Below, piece by piece: positions 58,526 to 64,000 of a stretch of DNA of 64,000 nucleotides. A program made the translations under genes and the position numbers. This DNA comes from a virus, in the IMG/VR virus record IMGVR_UViG_3300008108_000039, positions 64,001 to 128,000 of that record. One strand, 5' to 3'. Positions within the stretch are counted from its first letter, which is position 1. Each line of letters opens with the position of its first letter. Under the pieces are notes generated by a model. That model made no database searches. It was not told the origin of the DNA and saw only the letters and a list, made by a program, of their open reading frames with translations.

Positions 58526-59830
58526 TTATATTTTCTTTAAAATACTTTCAGCTACATATATGGCTTGAGCACCGCTAACTGTTATTCCCCTTGCTGACAA
58601 TGCATCACCTACAAAGTGTACATTTGGATAAGTTGTTAATGATAAATCTTGATAGTTAACTAGTGGTTCTGGTGATAGATATTTTACCTCAGGAATATAC
58701 ATTCCCCAATCATCACCAAATTCAAATACTTTATTCATTTGGTCGATGAAATCAATAATATATTGTGCATATTCACCAAATGCTTCTTTAAAAATATCTA
58801 ATGTATCTATTTGATAAGCTTCAACATTTATTCCTTCAGAAGTTTTACTTACTCCTCTACGTCTTTTAGGAGAATAATATATTCCTCTACCTTCTATTGT
58901 GTTGAATTTTTGTACTACATCTCTACTCCATTCAAATGGATTATCAATACCTTTAATTTCCATTAGGATACCAAAGTTAGTCATATCGTTTCTAAATTCT
59001 TCACCTTTTTTCGCATGGCCATTGTACGTAATATCCCCATAAGTTTCCTCCACGGCCACGTAAGCGGCATTGTTATTAGTACAAAAACTACGTAAAGAAA
59101 CATTATCGAATTTTTGATAGAGTTTAAAATCATAACTAACATCAATTAATTTTTGAAAATATTTTTGTGGTGCTTCAAATCGAACACCAATTTGTACTGA
59201 TTTAGGTTCATTAGGTAATTTATAGTCATCTGCTAGTTTTTGAGCGAAATCAATACCTGATTTACCTACTGCGAATATTAGGGTATCATATGATATACCA
59301 TTAATGCTGTATTTTTCGTCTTCTGTATGTACAATATTATTATCAAATAATATGTTTATTACTTCCGTTTCCCATAAAAATTTAACACCTTTATCAACTA
59401 AATAATCATACCAACGTTTTCCTATTTCATGTAAATAATCTGTACCAATATGGTATACTGGGAATAAACGTAGTCCAAAGTGAGGTTTGATGAAGTCTGG
59501 TTCTGCTTGTGGGTTTGAATACATTATCTTAGATGGATCAGGGTGAAAGCGTTTCCACATTTCAATAGATTGATCCATTAGATCATATGCCTTTTCTTCA
59601 CCACAATACTTTGATAATTGACCACCAATTGATGTATGGTATGTAAGTTTGCCATCTGAGAAGCCTCCAGCTCCTGCAAATCCGGTCATTACTTCTTCTG
59701 GTTTGCGAACATAAGGATCATTACCTTTATCTATAATGGTAATTAACTCACCAGGATAGCCATTGTCTACTAATTTGGTTGCAGCATTTATACCTGCAAC
59801 TCCTGCTCCTACAATTACAATTTTTTTCAT
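58526..59830 (-). CDS. FAD-dependent oxidoreductase (uncharacterised FAD dehydrogenase family; probable start MKKIVIVG)
   Basis: GAGVAG Rossmann motif, G.GGFSDGKL, HIGTD, IGVRFE, RSFC, NGH, PEVKY, FVGD...RG. Confidence 0.85.
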   Translation of the reverse strand: MKKIVIVGAGVAGINAATKLVDNGYPGELITIIDKGNDPYVRKPEEVMTGFAGAGGFSDGKLTYHTSIGGQLSKYCGEEKAYDLMDQSIEMWKRFHPDPSKIMYSNPQAEPDFIKPHFGLRLFPVYHIGTDYLHEIGKRWYDYLVDKGVKFLWETEVINILFDNNIVHTEDEKYSINGISYDTLIFAVGKSGIDFAQKLADDYKLPNEPKSVQIGVRFEAPQKYFQKLIDVSYDFKLYQKFDNVSLRSFCTNNNAAYVAVEETYGDITYNGHAKKGEEFRNDMTNFGILMEIKGIDNPFEWSRDVVQKFNTIEGRGIYYSPKRRRGVSKTSEGINVEAYQIDTLDIFKEAFGEYAQYIIDFIDQMNKVFEFGDDWGMYIPEVKYLSPEPLVNYQDLSLTTYPNVHFVGDALSARGITVSGAQAIYVAESILKKI

Positions 59831-59836
59831 ATTATA

Positions 59837-59868
59837 TAAAAATAATTTAATTTTTTTGATTTTCCAAA
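59837..59868 (-). promoter_or_regulatory. Bacteroidota-type promoter
   Basis: TTTG-N20-TATTTTTA ending 6 nt before the ATG. Confidence 0.5.
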
Positions 59869-59874
59869 TATAAG

Positions 59875-59899
59875 GTGGCCCACCTTTTGGGTGGGCCAC
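59875..59899 (-). terminator. GC-rich hairpin, probable terminator
   Basis: GTGGCCCACC-caaaa-GGTGGGCCAC followed by CTTATATTT. Confidence 0.7.
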
Positions 59900-59959
59900 T
59901 ACTCCAATTTATTTTTTAGGCGAACAGGCAATGAATCTGTTCTATATGTTTATTTCATA

Positions 59960-60553
59960 TTAATCTCCAGTATATTTTGCTCCACTTGGAACATCATATC
60001 CACCACCAGGACCAAAACGACTTTGCCATGCTTGTTTATCAATTTCTTTTTCTTTTGGAGTTCTTTTATCTGCAGGAAATTCTTTTGTAGGTTCTAATTT
60101 AATTGTATTTCCATCAATTAATATATCTGCAATTGGATCTTTTAAATCTAAATAATCAATTGTAGTATTTTCGTCTTTTAAAGTAATAGTACCAGACATT
60201 GTATTAATTTTCTGAATAGGTTTACCTTGTACAGTTACTGTTTGTCCTGCTTTTAAAGCAGCATCTACTTTTCTCATTACTTGAGTATCATTTATTTCGT
60301 TTATAACTGATTTAGTTGAAATACCAGCTAATTGTTGCATTCTTTTAATTTCATCCATTGTTTGTTGATTTTTAATAATACTGTCGTATTGATTCATTGT
60401 TAATGTTTTTCCAGTTTTACTTAACTCTAAAATATTTTCAGCTACTGTATGTAAATCCATATCAGTTTTTGCATCTTCACGAGCATATTCTAGTAAACGA
60501 ATAAATAAAGGTACGTCTACTGTAATTTTATCTGTAGGGTTAAATTGTATCAT
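59960..60553 (-). CDS. hypothetical protein with internal RMQQLAGI motif
   Basis: DVPLFIRLLEYAREDA; EIKRMQQLAGI. Confidence 0.65.
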   Translation of the reverse strand: MIQFNPTDKITVDVPLFIRLLEYAREDAKTDMDLHTVAENILELSKTGKTLTMNQYDSIIKNQQTMDEIKRMQQLAGISTKSVINEINDTQVMRKVDAALKAGQTVTVQGKPIQKINTMSGTITLKDENTTIDYLDLKDPIADILIDGNTIKLEPTKEFPADKRTPKEKEIDKQAWQSRFGPGGGYDVPSGAKYTGD

Positions 60554-61035
60554 TGGTTGTTTTCAATAAATATCCACTTAGGTGTATTTCCTAATTTTTT
60601 CCAATTTAATCCTTTAATAGCAATTTTATCTTTTACATAAAAATTACGATATGCTTTAATAGTATCACCCATTTTATATTCATCAGGCATACATTGTGGT
60701 GGAGGTATAAATTCTTTATTGGGAAGATTGGGTTCATTGTCACGAAGCCATGTAAGAACTTCTTGAGTTTTATGAGGTTTACCATAACGTTTAGTAAATT
60801 CTTTACAAATTTCTAAACCATGTTGTACAAGCCAGCGGTAATGTTGTATAGATTCACGTACCCATTTAGTAGATGGGTGATTAACGTGAGCACGCTTATA
60901 AGGTGCTTGTGAACCTGATTCCCAATGTGCTGTTGAGCACATTTGAGCGGATTCAATTTGCATTTTACGAATATGATCGTCTGCTAGTTGTTGGGCGGCT
61001 GATATTGGGTCAGCGCAAATATAAAATATATTCAT
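60550..61035 (-). CDS. pyrimidine-dimer DNA glycosylase / endonuclease V-like protein
   Basis: MNIF....P...A....D.H..KM..E.AQM.STAH, H.NHP...W.R, EF..RYGK.H, AYR.FY. Confidence 0.75.
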   Translation of the reverse strand: MNIFYICADPISAAQQLADDHIRKMQIESAQMCSTAHWESGSQAPYKRAHVNHPSTKWVRESIQHYRWLVQHGLEICKEFTKRYGKPHKTQEVLTWLRDNEPNLPNKEFIPPPQCMPDEYKMGDTIKAYRNFYVKDKIAIKGLNWKKLGNTPKWIFIENNQ

Positions 61036-61073
61036 ACAATAAATGTATGAAGATTACTTTGCCTTTTTAAATA

Positions 61074-61712
61074 TTATAACACATTATACTCATTATTACC
61101 AATTTTTAAATTAGTAATTGTATTTAAATTTACTATTCTATAAGCACGTTTTGGGATATCAAATACAGGAATTAATCCTTTAGCAGCCGCATCATAAGGT
61201 AATTCACCACCTTTAAGATATGCTTTAACACCTAAACGAGCATTCATTACACGTGTTGTACCATCTTTTTTAATAAAAGTTACTGTAAAAAATTTACCTT
61301 TGGTATCTCTAATTAATTGCTCTGCTTGTTCTTTATTAATAGAACCAGGAGGAGTTTCAGGAGTTGGTGCTTCTTCTGGAGTTGGTTCATCTGATGTTTC
61401 TTGAGGGACTTCTTCATCTTGTTCATTAACAATTCCTGCTAATTTTTGTAAACGTTTAGCCTCAGGAACTAATTGTTCAAAGTCATCATTTATATCTAAA
61501 TAAAAGGTATCTTTAACACCTTTAGAATTGGATAAATGTAATTCAACATCATTTCCAAAAGGAAGTATATCATCAACACTAACTTTTTCACCTTCTTTAA
61601 AATTACCTATATCCCCAGATAATGTAAATGTTTCTCCTACTGTAAGAGAAGTAGCTTTTACTTCATTTAGATATTGTTTTATTTTTTGAATTCCATTAAA
61701 AATTTTTTTCAT
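61074..61712 (-). CDS. multi-module protein with C-terminal SH3/WYL-like beta-barrel
   Basis: KRLQKLAGI motif, PE-rich linker, FFTVTFIKKDG..R.M.ARL...VFD.....YR. Confidence 0.6.
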   Translation of the reverse strand: MKKIFNGIQKIKQYLNEVKATSLTVGETFTLSGDIGNFKEGEKVSVDDILPFGNDVELHLSNSKGVKDTFYLDINDDFEQLVPEAKRLQKLAGIVNEQDEEVPQETSDEPTPEEAPTPETPPGSINKEQAEQLIRDTKGKFFTVTFIKKDGTTRVMNARLGVKAYLKGGELPYDAAAKGLIPVFDIPKRAYRIVNLNTITNLKIGNNEYNVL

Positions 61713-61721
61713 ACATTTATG

Positions 61722-62264
61722 TTATATTTGTGGAACTTCTTCTTCAGGAGATGGAACTTCAGGGGATGGTATTTCAGGAGCTGCTGTTTCAGGTGATGGT
61801 GGTTCGGAAGCTGATGATATATCTGCTGCTAATTCTGCGTTTTTAGTAGGAGATGATGCTCCTTTTGATGATTGTTGAATTTCTTCTTTAGGAGCATAAT
61901 TTAATTCTAATAAATTAACTATAGCTTGAGAAGCCCTTTCAGATTCTCCTACATTGTCAGGATGATATTTTTTACCAGCTATTTTAGCTGTGTAATTACC
62001 ACTACCAGCATAATAAATTGTAAAATCTTGACCATTAATAAGATCAATTTTAAATGTAGTTGGTTTTGGTGCTATAACACTAACACTTGATATATAACGA
62101 CCAAATGAAGGAGACATTAATTCTTCTATAGTTTTTTTCAATCCGGGAAAACGATATATTAGATACATTGCTTTAGTAGCTTTCTTTTCTTTAGCTTCTT
62201 GTTCAGCTAAAGCTTTACGAACTGCTACTTTAATGTATTTTTCTAATAATAATTTTTTATTCAT
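61722..62264 (-). CDS. hypothetical protein with Pro/Glu-rich tail
   Basis: [12 protein letters not shown] leader; APKPTTF.I.L.NGQ.F. Confidence 0.65.
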   Translation of the reverse strand: MNKKLLLEKYIKVAVRKALAEQEAKEKKATKAMYLIYRFPGLKKTIEELMSPSFGRYISSVSVIAPKPTTFKIDLINGQDFTIYYAGSGNYTAKIAGKKYHPDNVGESERASQAIVNLLELNYAPKEEIQQSSKGASSPTKNAELAADISSASEPPSPETAAPEIPSPEVPSPEEEVPQI

Positions 62265-62541
62265 TTTTTTTCAATTCAGATACTAAAGTCTCAATAAATG
62301 GTTTAAAAAGACGAGTGCCATAATCTTTTTTAAGAATATTAGCTACGGCAATAGCAAAATCTTCATATGATGTATCTTCAGCAATATCTATTGATACTTC
62401 TTCTTTTAAATTTTTAGCTATTGCTTTGCGACGTGCAGAAAGATATTTATCTGTTTTGTTAGTTTTTCCATCATTATTAATATCAGCATCTTCTTGACCT
62501 ACTGAATCAAGTTTTTCTAATATGTCAACAAGTTTAATCAT
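62257..62541 (-). CDS. hypothetical protein with MIKLVDILE leader and EF-hand/dockerin-like loop
   Basis: [14 protein letters not shown]. Confidence 0.65.
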   Translation of the reverse strand: MIKLVDILEKLDSVGQEDADINNDGKTNKTDKYLSARRKAIAKNLKEEVSIDIAEDTSYEDFAIAVANILKKDYGTRLFKPFIETLVSELKKNE

Positions 62542-62546
62542 TGCTA

Positions 62547-63035
62547 TTATTTTTTAACTGCTGGTTTCTTTTTGCTGTCTTCAGCTTTCGGTGTAATTTC
62601 CTCTTTGTCTTCAGCTTTAGGTTCGTCTTTTTTAGTAGGAGCTTTTTTACCGTCTTTTTTAGTAGGAGCTTTTTTATCTTTCTTAGCTTTTTCGATAAGA
62701 CCCATCATTTCTTTGATCTTTTCAGTTTCAGAAGCTACTTTACCTTCTACTTCAGAGATTTGACCATCAAGCATTTCAGCTAATTTACTATGAGCAGTTT
62801 TAATTTTTTCTAATTCGTTTACGAATTTTTGCATATGAGCATATTCGGCTACAAATCCTGACTGTTCGCCACCTTCAGTAATTTGATATTGACCTAAAGA
62901 TTCTCTCATACTTTTTAAACTTTTTAATTCTTTTTTAAGGTGTACTAACTTTCCACCACTTTTAGGTAATCCACCTTTTTCCATTGCTTCTGCAAGTACT
63001 TGGCGAATAACTTTACGCACTTCTGTAATATTCAT
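62547..63035 (-). CDS. hypothetical coiled-coil protein with Lys-rich tail
   Basis: [11 protein letters not shown] leader; KKAPTKKD occurs twice. Confidence 0.65.
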   Translation of the reverse strand: MNITEVRKVIRQVLAEAMEKGGLPKSGGKLVHLKKELKSLKSMRESLGQYQITEGGEQSGFVAEYAHMQKFVNELEKIKTAHSKLAEMLDGQISEVEGKVASETEKIKEMMGLIEKAKKDKKAPTKKDGKKAPTKKDEPKAEDKEEITPKAEDSKKKPAVKK

Positions 63036-63074
63036 AATTTGGGTTTTAATTGTTTATGTATATAAATATGTTAA

Positions 63075-64000
63075 TTAGTTTAAATCTTCAAGACCTGTAT
63101 CGTCTTTAGTTAAGTCTCTAGCAATGTCGCGCATTGTATCATTTGCCCATTTTCTTTGTAAGGGCATTAACTTATTATTAATGGCATTTTCAACAAATGG
63201 AAAAAATTCATCATCAGATAATTTGTATATTTCTGTAAAAAATAAATCACGTACGCGAGCGTCATCTATATTACTATCAGCATATATTTTAGTTAAAGCA
63301 TCAAATATAAATTTACCATATTGTAAATCACGTGGTTCATTCGATACTTTATCTACAGCTCCTATAATAGATTTATTCTGTTCTCTATCACGACCAAATC
63401 CTTGTGTACCCATAATTTCATACAATCCTTTAATAATTTCATGTACTAACATAGGAAAACATAACGCACGAGCTTTAATTACAAATTGTTCTTCTTGTTC
63501 ATCATATTCCATTTCACTTTCTCCACCTTGTATTTTTTGTCCTTGTGCTAATAATGCTAACAACATAGCAATAGCATCTTCATTATCATATATACCAAAA
63601 GCTAATTTTAATACTTCATTGTATTTACTTACTAATTCAGGATTAATTTGATCTAAGTATTCTTTAAACATTAAAAACCAAAATGAACCTCTAACAGAAG
63701 CACCTTGAGTAATACCATTAATAATACGGCGTTTTGCTTTTAGTTTTTCAGGATTACCTTCACCAAAATTAGGGGATGCAGGATCTTCCTGAGGTGGAGG
63801 TTGTTGTAGTTTAAATTCTCCTTGAGATGTAACTATTTTAGCATCAATTTTAATATTAGCATAGTCTATAATAGGAAAAGCATCAGTTACCATCTGTGCT
63901 GCTACCATTTCAAGTTCATCACGATATCCATCTTCGGCAGTCATTATTTCATCTAATACTTCTTGAGTACGTGTCATTACCTGTATTAAATCTTTATTTC
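63075..64000 (-). CDS. hypothetical protein, probably 5'-truncated by the window edge
   Basis: Frame stays open upstream of the ATG at 63977; KRRIIN.ITQGA, FP.LVHEIIKG.YE. Confidence 0.65.
   Translation of the reverse strand, partial: NKDLIQVMTRTQEVLDEIMTAEDGYRDELEMVAAQMVTDAFPIIDYANIKIDAKIVTSQGEFKLQQPPPQEDPASPNFGEGNPEKLKAKRRIINGITQGASVRGSFWFLMFKEYLDQINPELVSKYNEVLKLAFGIYDNEDAIAMLLALLAQGQKIQGGESEMEYDEQEEQFVIKARALCFPMLVHEIIKGLYEIMGTQGFGRDREQNKSIIGAVDKVSNEPRDLQYGKFIFDALTKIYADSNIDDARVRDLFFTEIYKLSDDEFFPFVENAINNKLMPLQRKWANDTMRDIARDLTKDDTGLEDLN

Larger units (their letters stand above)
6930..63069 (-). promoter_or_regulatory. dispersed ATATTTAT motif (about 19 intergenic copies), candidate phage late promoter
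   Basis: Plus-strand ATAAATAT at 6930, 9116, 21816, 23940, 24975, 25770, 26348, 28175, 29551, 33579, 41104, 45402, 46096, 49109, 52272, 54192, 55795, 57466, 63062, each shortly upstream of a minus-strand start. Confidence 0.75.

Noticed and set aside
59831-59899. N-terminal extension MAHPKGGPP... of the oxidoreductase
   Set aside because: It is a translation of the hairpin and promoter region; the Rossmann motif starts right after the ATG at 59830.

Overview
AT-rich segment of a large T4-like myovirus genome. Every credible gene is on the minus strand and uses the standard code. In transcription order (right to left) it holds: (1) probable head-packaged and accessory proteins, a pyrimidine-dimer glycosylase, an FAD oxidoreductase, an NMP-kinase-like ATPase and a spanin-like protein; (2) terminase, portal, prohead protease, scaffold, major capsid, PhoH and neck genes; (3) a tail-fibre/lectin block with four tandem LamG/ConA paralogues; (4) sheath, tube, a homing endonuclease, the tail chaperone pair, tape measure and baseplate; (5) a replication block with a short family-A polymerase, gp32-like SSB, RecA/UvsX, 5'-3' exonuclease, DnaB-like helicase, thioredoxin and class II RNR; (6) a 7-deazaguanine cluster (queD, TGT/DpdA-like, queC, queE). 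TTTG-N20-TAnnTTTA promoters and mostly SD-less starts suggest a Bacteroidota host (inference). Main points of interest: a scaffold-like peptide (RMQKLAGI) and MIKLxDIL-type leaders shared by many unrelated ORFs, suggesting a capsid cargo-addressing system; an ATATTTAT promoter motif that is the inverse of the T4 late promoter; a +1/-2 frameshift site in the tail chaperone; RNA hairpin operators; a helicase missing its catalytic motif; and atypical QueC, QueE and PolA motifs. All calls come from reading motifs by eye; no database searches were run.
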